A stretch of 64,000 nt of DNA, from the NCBI GenBank assembly GCA_963665115.1, contig OY762007.1, forward strand, positions 5,536,001-5,600,000, given 5' to 3'. A model generated the notes under the pieces. The model worked only from the letters and a program-made list of their open reading frames with translations. It was not told the DNA's origin and searched no databases. Within the stretch, counting starts at the first letter, position 1; each line of letters begins with the position of its first letter. Source of the stretch: an uncultured Rivularia sp. Its GTDB lineage: Bacteria > Cyanobacteriota > Cyanobacteriia > Cyanobacteriales > Nostocaceae. The translations under genes and the position numbers were made by a program. Below, piece by piece: positions 1 through 12,787 of this stretch.

Positions 1-73
1 AATATTTATGCAATTACGAAATACTCGAAGAATAACTCACCTTAAAAATAGGAAAAGTTTGTCTAGAAAAAGA

Positions 74-992
74 CTATTTACTCAAAGAACTGGCTGGTGA
101 CTTTGCTGGCTTAGGAGTATTAGATGTAGCTTTAACAGTGAAAGGAATACCTTTGTCAACCTGAGTTCGACCCAAGTTAGCATTGATATCTAAAACATAG
201 TTACCTGGAGGTAATTTTCTGCGTATTTCTTGCAATAACTGACGATTCGTATTTGGTAAAACTGGTGGTGTTTCTATCCTTCCAACTTCAACGACATCTG
301 TAGGTCTTTTTTTCTTAGAAGTTTCCAGAGCTAATAATTCCAGTTGCTTTAGCTCCTGGATATTTTGCAGCTTTCCAAATAGCATATTGCCCTTTTATGC
401 GTACATGAGCGTTACCTTGATTGGAAACATTAAATACAGCATTAATGGCATTAGGCTTAGTATCAACAGTTACTGAATTAACCTTGCCGACTCTTTTGAT
501 TTCTCCGGCATAGGCATAGACTACAACACCCATACGTGCTTTAGTCTTAACTGCTTTCGAGCTACTGCCAGAAGGAATCTCTTCAAAATAAATCACAGCA
601 CGGTGTTCGCCAGGAGTGGGTTTTGTTTTAGGGCGAATAGCGAAACGTACAGTTTGAGTACCCTTTGCTGGAATTGTAAATTTAGAAGGAGTAAACAGAA
701 TCCATCTATCTAAAGATTCCTCGGTAGATGGTATATCTTTAAGTTTATTATTTTCATCCATCCTCCAATTTTTGACAAAAGCCCTAATTTGTACTGGTTT
801 GTTAGCAAAATTAGTTAATTTGATTGTATTAGAGCGTCCTTTTCTAGAATTAATATCTATTTCCATTCGGGGCGGGCTAATAGCCATTTCTATTGCTTTA
901 ACAGTTGGTATTTCCCAAGCTAATAATCCTATTAAACTTAAAGCTATGGCTTTTGCTGTTTTCTGTAACATAATAAATTTTTGTTTCCTCAC
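74..992 (-). CDS. PapD/Csu-type fimbrial (pilus assembly) chaperone, split by an apparent frameshift near 315-325
   Basis: ORF 315..992 has a signal peptide, ISPPRMEI, FTPSKFTIPAKGTQTVRF, GEHRAVIYFEE and NQGNAHVR chaperone motifs. ORF 74..385 supplies the C-terminal Ig-like domain (PVLPNTNR...LPPGNYVL). Confidence 0.75.
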
Positions 993-1043
993 ACAACAAA
1001 CACAAAATATCGGAAATCAGAAAATTAACAGAAAATCAAAGTA

Positions 1044-1592
1044 TTACTGACACTGATTGCCATTGACCGATACACAAACATCAATATTTCCTCGATATGT
1101 ACCCGGTACCAATTTTTCCAATTCCCTGAATACCAAGCTAATTCCACCTGAAATTACAGTAGTATTATCAGAACATTTTTCTATTTGTTTAATATCTAAA
1201 ACTCGTAGTTCAACTCTATTTTCTTGGAAAGGATTTCTCTGTTGGTTACTAGATTGTAATGTATATTTTACGTTGTTAATATTAATAGGCAAATCGGAAT
1301 CATTAACCCTCATTTGCCAATATCTCGGCTCGTCTATAGGAATGCTGCTATCTTTAAAGGGTACATTATCACTTTTTAAATTAGTGTCTTCACCACCAAT
1401 TCCAACTTGTTCTGCATCTGTATCAATAATATCTGTTACCCCTAATTTTTGAGTATCTCCGATATAAGATAACTGATAAATATTTACATTACAGGCATTA
1501 GAGTTTGATTGTGCAAAGACTTTTGGTTGTGGTGTTAATGAGAATGCTACGACTATTGTCAAGTAGCATTTAAGAATCTTTCGCCAGTTCAT
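1044..1592 (-). CDS. Secreted pilin-like subunit (putative)
   Basis: Signal peptide, paired Cys and a C-terminal PGTYRGNIDVCV beta-strand typical of Csu/spore-coat-U pilins. It lies next to the chaperone. Confidence 0.5.
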   Translation of the reverse strand: MNWRKILKCYLTIVVAFSLTPQPKVFAQSNSNACNVNIYQLSYIGDTQKLGVTDIIDTDAEQVGIGGEDTNLKSDNVPFKDSSIPIDEPRYWQMRVNDSDLPININNVKYTLQSSNQQRNPFQENRVELRVLDIKQIEKCSDNTTVISGGISLVFRELEKLVPGTYRGNIDVCVSVNGNQCQ

Positions 1593-1868
1593 TGTTCAAA
1601 AAAACGATTTTTTACTAAGTTAAGGAATAAATGAATATGAACTATTAGCCTTTATTTGCTTTATAAAACTATGATTTTATGTCATCAGTTATAACTATTT
1701 TAAAAAACAAAGGGTATATTTGTTTTTTTTAATAATTATTAGTTAAATGTTTTTGATAACTAACGACATAAATTAAGCTAATTTTTGCAAATGTTAGGAT
1801 TTTTTCTGCAAAGAAGAGACTGGAAGCAGGCATTCGCCTGCACCAGAAATTTAAAAACCAAATCGGAA

Positions 1869-2474
1869 TTATGGATTCACAACTCGGATGGTAATTTCAC
1901 CGCCAGTATATGTTGTAGCAGAGCCAGCACTAGGGTTTGAGAAAGTGAAATCAAAGGCTGCCGATCCTTCTCTATACTGAACATTATTGGCATTTTGCTT
2001 TTGTTCCTCTGTTCCTTTTGTTACTTGAGTAATAGTAACTGTATCTGTTGATGGTGTTCCGCCACCGAAGCTACCGCCACCACCTGTAGCACCATTTGAA
2101 TCTTGCAAAGTATTTTGGCTTGCTACAATCTCAACATTTGCCCCTGTATTACCCCAAAGTTGATACAAACGAGGAACTATTTTTTGAACAGTACCATTAC
2201 CTGATTGACCATCAGGCGCATCTGTTGACAAAGTACCAGTTCCTGCTTTTTCATCATAAATGTTGCCTTGCTGCTGCTCTACAGAACCTGTTCCCTGTAA
2301 ATCTTGTTGGCTAACTACAAACTTTAGACCCTCGTATGTACGTAGGAAAACTTGTGGAGTTACTTCAATTTCCACTGGTAAAACAGCAGTTTGTGCGCGT
2401 GCTGGTGCAGCGAAGATAGCGCTACCAACTACTGCTGCACTTGCAGCCAAAAGACCCAAAACTTTCTTATTCAT
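1869..2474 (-). CDS. Secreted major pilin-like protein (putative)
   Basis: The likely start is MNKKVLGLLAASAAVVG (ATG at 2474), with an ARA-Q signal cleavage site. It is T/G/Q-rich, ends in TYTGGEITIRVVNP, and is the first gene of the chaperone cluster. Confidence 0.5.
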   Translation of the reverse strand: MNKKVLGLLAASAAVVGSAIFAAPARAQTAVLPVEIEVTPQVFLRTYEGLKFVVSQQDLQGTGSVEQQQGNIYDEKAGTGTLSTDAPDGQSGNGTVQKIVPRLYQLWGNTGANVEIVASQNTLQDSNGATGGGGSFGGGTPSTDTVTITQVTKGTEEQKQNANNVQYREGSAAFDFTFSNPSAGSATTYTGGEITIRVVNP

Positions 2475-3560
2475 GTAAATTCTCTCTGTGGTTTTAGTAA
2501 GGTAAATGTTGTTTGTTTGATAAACTCTCTTTTTCTGACTTATCCAAATCAATTTGCTAAAGGGATGAAAAATTAAACCTGGAGAATCAAGTTATTAGAA
2601 TAAAAATACGCACACCTGGATTTATGGAGCCAATATTCCGGTACAGTACATTTTATACAAGGTTTATAAAAACCATAACTTTGACTTCATGCTTTGATAA
2701 AGCGGTTTGATAGAGATTCCCTGGTAAGCCGGAGAGTAACGAAAAAAACGAAATTTGATTATGAAGACAATCAAGTTAATTAAAATATCAGATTTTTTTC
2801 AGCATCACCCCCTTTAACGATCAAATAAAAAACTTTTATGTTTCATCTCGTTTACGTAAGCAATTAACAATGAAGCGACAATTCGTAAACGAGATTATCG
2901 AAATACTTTTAATAAAAGTTTTATCTAATAAAACTACTTATTAATTGCTTTAATGAGGCTTCATTTATAACATCGCTTCTATTATTGATAGGGAACTTAC
3001 AGAAGTTTGGAAAGTTGCTTTATACTAACCGAGTCAATAGTTAACCGTCTACATAATGGCAAATAAGGAAAGTATGTCTCGCAATATATACAATATATAG
3101 AACATACTTTTTGCTGAGTACGAAGATGACAAAAATATTGCCAGAACAATTTATAGTTTACTTACTCTTCTATAAACGCAGTTTCCTAAACTCCCACACT
3201 CTTTTTGTTTTGCTATCAATCAATAAAGTTGTTGAAACTTGATATCAAGTTACCAATTTTTATGAATAGAAGCTTTAACTAATTTTGTTGATTGCTTGTT
3301 AACTGCTTTACATCAAGAATGTAACCTCTACTCCTAAAATACAACTTCAGTAAGAATATGGAATTACGTGGAATTGAAGTAAAATTTTTATCCGAGATAA
3401 CACTGATAGGAAGAAGGGGAAGAAGGGGCAGAGGGGGAAGATGGGGGAGATCGGGGAGAGGGGGAGATGAGGGATAGTAGTAACTAAATAGCGAGCAAGA
3501 TGCATGTCCTTGCGGACGCGCTACGCTAACGCACTACTTACTGTTCACTGTTCACTGACT

Positions 3561-4952
3561 ATGTTTCAAGCTACTCGTCGCCGTCTTGCGATTTGGTATA
3601 CTGCTGTAACGGCTGTGTTATTGCTGCTGTTTGCTAGTGGAGTTTACTTGTATGTACGGAACACTTTGATTGAACGGATTGACGATACGTTAAATCATGT
3701 GGTGGAAGTTGTTGAGCGATCGCTAGTTATTGAAGGGGTTAACTCGAATAATGGTCTATTCAAACTTAATTTAGAAGCGAGTTTCCGTGATAATGCGGAT
3801 ACAACAGAAGATGACCGTATAGATTTGGAATGGTTTAGCCCTACTGGTAAGTTACTTTGGTCAACTTTATCTGAACCGTTAAATATTCCCATTTATTCTA
3901 ATCGTATGGGTGAAACTGTTCGGGTGATGAGAGGGGAAAATGTAGATGGGCTTTCTGAGCCGATGCTGTTGCGACAAGTTACTGAAAGAGTAGAAGCTGG
4001 ACGACAAGTTTTGGGATATCTGCGGGTAAGCCATCCTTGGTTTGAAGTGACAAAACCTAGCCGTCAATTAATTGTGGATTTGGGTTTGGGTATTGGCTTG
4101 ATGTTAGTTTCTGTGGCAACTAGCGGGTGGTTTCTTGCGGGATTAGCAATGCAACCTGTAAGAGAGTCTTATCAACGTCTCAAGCAGTTTACCGCAGATG
4201 CTTCTCACGAACTTAGAAGTCCGATCGCATTAATTCAAACTAACGTACAGGTTGCTTTGGATGAGTTGGAAGTAACGCAAACACAAGGGATTTATGTAGA
4301 GCATTATCAACAACAGTTAAAGTTAGTAGAACGATTAACTCAACGTCTTGGTAAGTTAGTCAATGATTTGCTGTTTCTAGCTCGTCAGGATAGCGGAATT
4401 ACCAGCTATGAGTTTTCTTCTTGCCCTATTGACGCTTTGCTAATGGAAGTAGTTGAAGAACAACAACTGCTTGCTGCTGAAAAAAAGATTGCTCTATGCT
4501 TACATTTAATTGATTCTCCAGAAACCGAAACTAATCCGGAATTGCTTGAAGATTGGTTTACCTTGATGGGTAATTGGGAGCAATTAGCACGTTTATTTAC
4601 TAATTTAATTAGCAATGCTTTACGCTACACCCAGGAAAACGGCAGAGTGGAAGTTGAATTGTCGCGTTTGGAAATTGTAAATCGCTCGGTACTGCAAGTG
4701 AAGGTTAAAGATAACGGTATTGGTATTCCATCTGAAGCTTTACCGCGTTTATTTGACCGTTTTTACCGAGTAGATCCAGCACGCAGCCATACATCGGGAA
4801 ATACTTTGACCAAAAATACTCACGGTTCGGGTTTGGGACTACCTATATCTAAGGCAATTCTGGAAAACCATCAAGGACAAGTGCAATTTGAAAGCGTTCT
4901 TGAAAAAGGTACAACAGTGACTGTCACTTTGCCAATTATTCCTGAGTATTAA
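3561..4952 (+). CDS. Membrane sensor histidine kinase (HisKA + HATPase_c), ManS/Hik27-like
   Basis: Two TM segments, H-box FTADASHELRSP, N-box NLISNALRY, DNGIGI, FDRFYR and GSGLGL. The likely start is MFQATRRR at 3561. Confidence 0.9.
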   Translation: MFQATRRRLAIWYTAVTAVLLLLFASGVYLYVRNTLIERIDDTLNHVVEVVERSLVIEGVNSNNGLFKLNLEASFRDNADTTEDDRIDLEWFSPTGKLLWSTLSEPLNIPIYSNRMGETVRVMRGENVDGLSEPMLLRQVTERVEAGRQVLGYLRVSHPWFEVTKPSRQLIVDLGLGIGLMLVSVATSGWFLAGLAMQPVRESYQRLKQFTADASHELRSPIALIQTNVQVALDELEVTQTQGIYVEHYQQQLKLVERLTQRLGKLVNDLLFLARQDSGITSYEFSSCPIDALLMEVVEEQQLLAAEKKIALCLHLIDSPETETNPELLEDWFTLMGNWEQLARLFTNLISNALRYTQENGRVEVELSRLEIVNRSVLQVKVKDNGIGIPSEALPRLFDRFYRVDPARSHTSGNTLTKNTHGSGLGLPISKAILENHQGQVQFESVLEKGTTVTVTLPIIPEY

Positions 4953-5273
4953 TTCTGAGTGCTAAAAATGTTTCGAGTGACGGATACAACTTGCTTCTAG
5001 TGGCAGATGCAGATGAGTAACTGTACCTATTAATGTGGTTGATAAAGCTTGAAGAATAAAATCAATTAGTACGTGACTAACTGTTTAAAATCAAAAGATG
5101 ACGGCTAACTAGCAGATGGGATAAATTTGTCCTAACTGCTTTTTAATGTCAAAGATTAACTTTTGCTTATTTAAAACATTTTTTGTAGAAATGCTACAAT
5201 TTTTTAGTTTTACTTTTGATGACAATAACTTCAGCTAAATATACATAAAAAATAAAGCTTTCAGGAGGGTTAA

Positions 5274-6122
5274 ATGCCTATTAATTTAAGAGAAGATGTT
5301 GCCTTTATTATACTCAAAAAAATTAAAGACAGCGGCTCGGGAATGCATGAAATTGGCTTCACCGAAACTGACTTTACTGGTCGAGGATTAACAAAAAGTG
5401 ACTTCATGGGTCATTTGGATTACTTAAATCAAAAACAGTACATCCAAGCTAAATTTTCAGGTAATGCATATGCAAACCAGGAAGATGTTCCCGATCTAGT
5501 AAACTCAGACGAAGTTGATGTTAGAGTTGCAAATACTTTGGGTGCTGAAGATGGCCCTCTTCCACATTTAATTAAATTTGAAGAGGCAAAATTAACCGAT
5601 AAAGGGCAAAAGTTACTTGAAAGAATGGAGAAAAACCCTCCCGAAGCTTTAGATAAAGGTCCTGCAAGTCCAATCGCTACGAAAGATATGCCTTTCTTAG
5701 AAAAGGTAATGCTTAAAGGTAGTTTAAACGATATTTTTGATGCTAGAGATATCAGTGAAGTAGTATTCCGCACCATGCGCGATATGATGACTACCGAAGC
5801 ATCCGAACGGGTTTCTAAAGAATTGCACCAACCAGCAGAACCCACTAAAGATAAGGCTTTGCAAAACGAAATTGCCGATTTATGGAAAGATACTAACCCC
5901 ATAGTCGCTTTCTTAAGTAAAGTTCGTCCACCCCTCAAAATAGATTCTGACACTTTCTTATTCCGCATTCGTCAAGAGGGTGGCTTACAAAAAGGTGTAA
6001 ATGAAAAAATGGTAGTAAAATCCGTCTTTTCTGCCACTAAAGACGAATTATCCAACGAAAGAGTGAAGGAAATTGAAGGCTTTTTACCAGATGCAATTCT
6101 TAAATTGTGGCAAGAGGCTTAA
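5274..6122 (+). CDS. DUF2267 domain protein with an N-terminal winged-helix-like region
   Basis: The C-terminal DARDISEVVFRTMRD...VVKSVFSATKDEL...FLPDAILKLWQEA resembles cyanobacterial DUF2267. An RBS (GGAGG) lies upstream. Confidence 0.6.
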   Translation: MPINLREDVAFIILKKIKDSGSGMHEIGFTETDFTGRGLTKSDFMGHLDYLNQKQYIQAKFSGNAYANQEDVPDLVNSDEVDVRVANTLGAEDGPLPHLIKFEEAKLTDKGQKLLERMEKNPPEALDKGPASPIATKDMPFLEKVMLKGSLNDIFDARDISEVVFRTMRDMMTTEASERVSKELHQPAEPTKDKALQNEIADLWKDTNPIVAFLSKVRPPLKIDSDTFLFRIRQEGGLQKGVNEKMVVKSVFSATKDELSNERVKEIEGFLPDAILKLWQEA

Positions 6123-6625
6123 TTTTAGGGAGTAGGGAGCAGGAGTTAGGAGTTAATATTAATTCCTAGCTCTTTTTTTTTGTTTTATAGTCGTTTTAAA
6201 CTAAAAAACAGGTGGTAATGTCCTTATTGTGGTTAAGAGTTAGGAGTTGGAAATTGGGAATTACAGAATAAATTTTTTAAGGTTTAAAGTCCCCGGATTT
6301 ATCCGTAGATTATGGCAAGCATGAAGCCCCTTAATTTTATTTATGGGGAATTGATTACGAATTACGAATTACGCTCACTCCCTTCCCGTTCTATAATTAC
6401 CTTTCTCTCGCTATCTCTTTCCTCTGCGTCTAGTAAGATTTTTTTATAGGCGATCTTTTACGGGAAAGGAGTTAGGAGTTAAGAATTGAGTAAAGAGTAG
6501 TAAGTAGCAAGTAAATCTTCTCGTTCTTATTCTCGGCTCCTCAACCATCTATTTCCTAATCGTTACTCGCTACTCATTACTTACTACTCGCTACTTTAAG
6601 AATCCCCAATCCTCAATCCCCTCCG

Positions 6626-7717
6626 TCAGCTTTTTTTCATCATCTGAGTAACTCTATCGCGCAGTAGCAACTCCTTTCTACTATCTTCGAGGGTTCTTGC
6701 TAAAGTAATTGCTCTTTCATAAAAATTACGTGCTGTGGAATATTTACCAAGCTTTTCGTATAGTTGAGCGTAGGATTCAAAGGATTTTAGTTGTTCGCGC
6801 GAGTTTTGTAAGTACGAAGCGATCGCCAACCGTTTTTCTAATAAGTCGATTGCACGATTATACCGACCTACCGAACTATGAGCAGCTACTAACCCGTCAA
6901 TCGCTCGTAGTTGATTGGGATTATCTCGTGCTGTTTTAGCAAGTCTTAATGCCGTTCCATAGGTACCGATTCTGTCTTGATAAGTACCAATTGCTTCGTA
7001 GGCTTCACCTAGATTATTTAAGGTATTTGCTTCACCTATAGGATTACCAACTTTTCGTCGATAATTAAGAGCGTTTTTGTAGAGCTTAACTGCTTTGTTA
7101 TAATCTCCTACCCTTGCTGCGGCTAATCCCAAATTACTTAAGGATATTCCGTAACCTTCAGTACTGTTGAGGTTTTGAGCGATTGTTAATGCTTGCTCAA
7201 AAGTTTGGGAAGCGGTTTGAAATTCGCCTTTTTGTAGCAGCAAAGTTCCGATGTTATTCAGCGCAAAAATCTGACTTTGAAAGTCTTTCGTGTCGCGAGC
7301 GATCGCCAAACGTCTGCGAATTGCGTCCGAAGCTTTTTTATACTGCTGTAGCTCAATGTAACTTTTGCCTAAAAACTCGTAAGTTAAACCAAGTGCATTT
7401 AGATCGCCAATTGAGTGGTAAATTTCTCTTGCTTGCAATAAGGAGTTAACTGCTTTGTGAGGATTTCCTTCGATATTTTGTCTTTCACCTAAACGCAGCA
7501 AAGTATCTGCTTCGTCCCTTGATTGAACTAATACTTTTTGATCTATTCGGGGATAATGTAGTTGTTCGGTAATATCAGTAGCAGTGGCAGCTATAGGACT
7601 TAATAATAAGGAAAATAGTAAAAAACCAAAAGCCTTGTTAAGTTTGTTGGGGAATTGCTTCCGGGCACTATAGGATGATTGAAATTTTGCTGCTGCTAGT
7701 AGATTCCATTGTTTCAT
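6626..7717 (-). CDS. Tetratricopeptide repeat protein, probably secreted
   Basis: Repeated ALNNIG / SLSNLG / TLNNLG TPR motifs and a hydrophobic N-terminal segment. Confidence 0.85.
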   Translation of the reverse strand: MKQWNLLAAAKFQSSYSARKQFPNKLNKAFGFLLFSLLLSPIAATATDITEQLHYPRIDQKVLVQSRDEADTLLRLGERQNIEGNPHKAVNSLLQAREIYHSIGDLNALGLTYEFLGKSYIELQQYKKASDAIRRRLAIARDTKDFQSQIFALNNIGTLLLQKGEFQTASQTFEQALTIAQNLNSTEGYGISLSNLGLAAARVGDYNKAVKLYKNALNYRRKVGNPIGEANTLNNLGEAYEAIGTYQDRIGTYGTALRLAKTARDNPNQLRAIDGLVAAHSSVGRYNRAIDLLEKRLAIASYLQNSREQLKSFESYAQLYEKLGKYSTARNFYERAITLARTLEDSRKELLLRDRVTQMMKKS

Positions 7718-7806
7718 ATAAATTTACCGTAAAAATTTAGTTTTAAGTAAAAGCATTTACAAAAAAGAAATATTCTACCAGCATATATTCGTATATAACA
7801 GTAATT

Positions 7807-8445
7807 TTACGCAGATACTGGTTGAAGGAAATTTTCACCCAAGTATATGGAACGGATGTCTGCTGGTAGTTTTTCTTCTAGCATACGATAACCTTGTTGG
7901 AGAAAATTTGCTACTTCGTTTGGAGAAATACCTTCTCCTTCGGCTTGTAAATAAGCTGCAATTCTCGTTTCACTCCAGTGGAAAGTTTGAGCCATTAAGA
8001 CTATCAATCTCAACATAGGTGGTAATTGGTCTAAAGACTGTTCTACATAGCACCATAGAGGCGGAGAAGTGGTTTTCAGGGAATAATGAATACTTTCGGT
8101 AGGTGGCAGTTCTGTTTCATTGATACAGTAAGCCGTCATATTAATCAGCCAGTTTTGTAAAGTCATAGCTGGTGCCTGTGGTTCTGTACTTTCTAAGTTA
8201 ACTCCACCGACTTGGTAGTAAATATGTTTCCAAGTCATGGCGAACAAATAATCGGCTTGTACTGGCGATCGCGCTGAATGCATAATCAAGGTGTAGACAA
8301 TGGGACTATATCGGCAAAATATCGCCGTAAAGTATCTTCCAGCGTCTGGGTGCTGTCCAAACAAGTTGATGAGTTCTTGGTCGCTTTTATGGAACAGTGA
8401 CTTGACTAGAGGATGGTTGGATTCTGGAAAATGAGGAATTTGCAC
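7807..8445 (-). CDS. Sigma-70 family (ECF-like) sigma-factor-related protein
   Basis: Region-2-like FTAIFCRYSPIVY...LQNWL and region-4-like LDQLPPMLRLIV...SETRIAAYL segments. Confidence 0.65.
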   Translation of the reverse strand: MQIPHFPESNHPLVKSLFHKSDQELINLFGQHPDAGRYFTAIFCRYSPIVYTLIMHSARSPVQADYLFAMTWKHIYYQVGGVNLESTEPQAPAMTLQNWLINMTAYCINETELPPTESIHYSLKTTSPPLWCYVEQSLDQLPPMLRLIVLMAQTFHWSETRIAAYLQAEGEGISPNEVANFLQQGYRMLEEKLPADIRSIYLGENFLQPVSA

Positions 8446-8865
8446 GGTCTTTTTTAATCTATGTTGCTAGAATTATCTGAGGGATGTATATTTTTCGTTA
8501 ATCGCATAATATCTTGGTGTTGATGTATTTAGCACGAACATTTAGATTAAAAGTTTTCATACATACTTAAGTACCATTTTTAATGTTGGTCTTATTTAAC
8601 TGTCTCGGATCGGGTTTTCGATTGAAATTGAATATTTTAGATTAAACTTCTACTTATGGTTGAGCATGAGGATAATCCAAAATCATCAAATCATGCAATT
8701 AATAATCCAAAATCTGACGCAAGAAAATTTGCCGGAACATTTACACTGCTAACTGGCTCAATCCGCAAAGTCTCCGCACAAAAACATCCGTTATTAACAT
8801 CCAAAATCTAAAATAGATTTAAACTTTGTCAAAAACAGCTTTCTTATATATTTACTGATTTATTC

Positions 8866-9450
8866 ATGGTTACACCAGTTAACGCGATCGCTTACCTATT
8901 TACTCCAAATACTTTAGGCTCTTTTCTGCCGTTGGATAGTTTGTTCTCCACGCAGGGCATAATGGTGATGCTTCTAGCAGCTTATGCTGGAGCTATGTGG
9001 ATGTTCCTTTCCAGCGCTCCAAAAGTACATACCGTTATGGTCTCCGATTTAGAGGTAGCCCGAGATTTATATGAAGGGCTATTAGATTTACCCGCAGCAG
9101 AAGTACCTTTGCACTATTATTACAATTACGAACAAACAATTGGTGCAACGGGAATCGATCCGATGTATTTGGGTAGCAGCCCCACCTATCCCAGCAGGAT
9201 GTCAAATGCTACTGAAGGGCTTTGGTATCAACTTAAGAAAAATACTCAGCTACACGTAATTACTGGAGCTAGTTTGGGCAACAAAAACCAGCAGCGTCAC
9301 GTATGCTTCGATCGTGATTGTTTAGAAATGGTTTTATTGCGAGTTGAAACACGAGGCTTAAAATTTAAAATTCGTAATCGTAAGCCACTGAATTTTTTGG
9401 TGAAAGATTACGACGGACGAGTTGTTGAAATGGCAGAAGTTGCAAATTAA
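8866..9450 (+). CDS. Glyoxalase/VOC-fold protein with an N-terminal TM helix
   Basis: HTVMVSDLEVARDLYEGLL, QLHVI, HVCF and FLVKDYDGRVVEM match the VOC pattern. Confidence 0.75.
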   Translation: MVTPVNAIAYLFTPNTLGSFLPLDSLFSTQGIMVMLLAAYAGAMWMFLSSAPKVHTVMVSDLEVARDLYEGLLDLPAAEVPLHYYYNYEQTIGATGIDPMYLGSSPTYPSRMSNATEGLWYQLKKNTQLHVITGASLGNKNQQRHVCFDRDCLEMVLLRVETRGLKFKIRNRKPLNFLVKDYDGRVVEMAEVAN

Positions 9451-9452
9451 GT

Positions 9453-9479
9453 GTAGAGACGTAGCAGTGCTACGTCTCT
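9453..9479. repeat. GTAG-type REP-like palindrome (may also act as a terminator)
   Basis: gtagagacgtagcagtgctacgtctct forms a hairpin right after the VOC gene. A related copy lies at about 13398-13428. Confidence 0.6.
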
Positions 9480-9590
9480 TATTAAGTTAAGAGTTAGGAG
9501 TAACTAAGGTTAAAGGTTAAAGGTTAAAGGTTAAATTTCTCCTTGTCCCCTTGTCACCCCATCTCCCCATCTCCCTACTCCCTTTATTAG

Positions 9591-10064
9591 TCACTCCTGC
9601 TTATAAATTCTTTCCAATCTCTCTACCAATTGTTCTGCCAAATCTAATAAATCAACAGTATCGCTATCATCGCTAAAACTGCGATTAATTTTTGCAAAAC
9701 TCGCACTTTCTACTAATACGGTTTTGATTGCAAATACTCGATTTTGCAATTCAGAAAGTCTCAGACAATCTTCTAATTGAGCCGCAATTTCTGAGAGTGA
9801 TTTACCTTGTAACTGCTTTCTTGCACTTACAGCAACCCAATCATCACTTTCTAAAAAAGTTGTTACCGATTCGACAAAATTAGTTTGCCTATTTTCATCT
9901 TCATCCCACTTTTCTAACCAATCTCCATCTACATCTTCAGCATACAAATAAGCTGCTTCTAGTCCGTATCTAACTATGTCATTTTGTAATTTTTGAGCTG
10001 CTTCTACAGATTCTATAACCTTATCTAATCTCTTTTGACAGTCTATTGACATTTCTTTTACCAT
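9591..10064 (-). CDS. Hypothetical acidic helical protein
   Basis: 157-aa ORF directly downstream of 10130..10825 on the same strand. Confidence 0.65.
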   Translation of the reverse strand: MVKEMSIDCQKRLDKVIESVEAAQKLQNDIVRYGLEAAYLYAEDVDGDWLEKWDEDENRQTNFVESVTTFLESDDWVAVSARKQLQGKSLSEIAAQLEDCLRLSELQNRVFAIKTVLVESASFAKINRSFSDDSDTVDLLDLAEQLVERLERIYKQE

Positions 10065-10129
10065 TTATGACTCGAATTATTAAGAGATATTGCCGATGCT
10101 CTAATTAGCTAAAAACCAAAAACTAAAGA

Positions 10130-10825
10130 CTAAAAACTAAATGTTAAATAAATACCTGTTTCTAGATTATTACTGTTGTACAGCGTCACGTTAACTATTC
10201 GGTCTACAAAATCTGTTATACCAGGATTGTAGCTTAATAGTAATCCTTTATCTATCTTCCAAAAACGTAATGTGGATTCCCAATTGTTAAATTTATCTTG
10301 AAAAAATTCTTCACTTAAGCTAGTAAGTTGAACGCAAAGAGGTGTATCGTATTTACTACTTACGATTATGTCTGTAGCCATTGAAAAGTCGGCGATATAT
10401 CTTTTTACGACAGTACCTCCACGGCGTTGAATACTATCGACAACGGATGCAATTAAATCGGCATCTTCTCCGGAAAATTCGCCAGACATTAATTTTTGTC
10501 TCCAAATATAAAATTTAGAGTCATTTTCGCTCAACCATTTAGGAAACAAGTAGCTGTACCAGAATTTCAAACTAGGTTTAAGGGCATCAAAAGCTATTTG
10601 TTGTTCTTCATAGCTTGGTAAAGATTTAATCTGAAGCCAAACTTCAGCGTCTCTAATTACTTGTTCTAAAAATAAGATGACAAATTTTTTTGCGGTTAAT
10701 GAACCAGGTTTTAAGTCTTTTACCCAACGGTTTATTTCATCTAATCTTCTTGCTAAATTTGGGTCTACTGTAGATGCTTCCCTTATAAGATATTTTAGCC
10801 TATTTTTAATATCTTTCGCTTGCAA
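10130..10825 (-). CDS. Hypothetical protein, possibly with a C-terminal PD-(D/E)XK-like fold
   Basis: 231-aa ORF. ATDIIVS...PLCVQLT resembles the restriction-endonuclease-like D...Q/ExK core. Confidence 0.55.
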   Translation of the reverse strand: MQAKDIKNRLKYLIREASTVDPNLARRLDEINRWVKDLKPGSLTAKKFVILFLEQVIRDAEVWLQIKSLPSYEEQQIAFDALKPSLKFWYSYLFPKWLSENDSKFYIWRQKLMSGEFSGEDADLIASVVDSIQRRGGTVVKRYIADFSMATDIIVSSKYDTPLCVQLTSLSEEFFQDKFNNWESTLRFWKIDKGLLLSYNPGITDFVDRIVNVTLYNSNNLETGIYLTFSF

Positions 10826-10951
10826 AAAATGATATCCCTCGCATCCTAACGGCTCTATTTAGATCGCCAACCGATTTTTGATTCCACAGTATATATATAA
10901 ATTAAAAAGGGTGCGTTAGGCAACAGCATAACGCACCTAAAAGTGTAATTG

Positions 10952-12479
<1,528 letters not shown>

Positions 12480-12589
12480 GGTTTACGAACTTACGAACAG
12501 CAAGATTTAATTATAGTTCTCAGCAGAATTGTACATTCATTTGTTGAATTCATAACTCCAGCAAAGACTTCGACTAGAGCATTATCCCC

Positions 12590-12761
12590 CGTTCCCAGAC
12601 TCCGGCTCTCTCTCGTTCCCAGACTCCGGCTGGGAATGCCTCTAAGAAGGCTCTGCCTTCTTTGGCTTCTTATCTTTTGAAAAAATAATAATTGTATGAA
12701 GTTTGTATCTTAACTCTCATTCCCAGACTCTAGCTGGGAATCTTAATAAGAAAACTCTGCC
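12590..12761. repeat. REP-like hairpin repeats upstream of a RAYT transposase
   Basis: Three copies of (g/a)ttcccagactc(cg/ta)gct. Two are complete hairpins ttcccag...ctgggaa followed by ...ctctgcc. Confidence 0.7.
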
Positions 12762-12787
12762 ATAAGTATCGTAATTGAAATCGCTAT

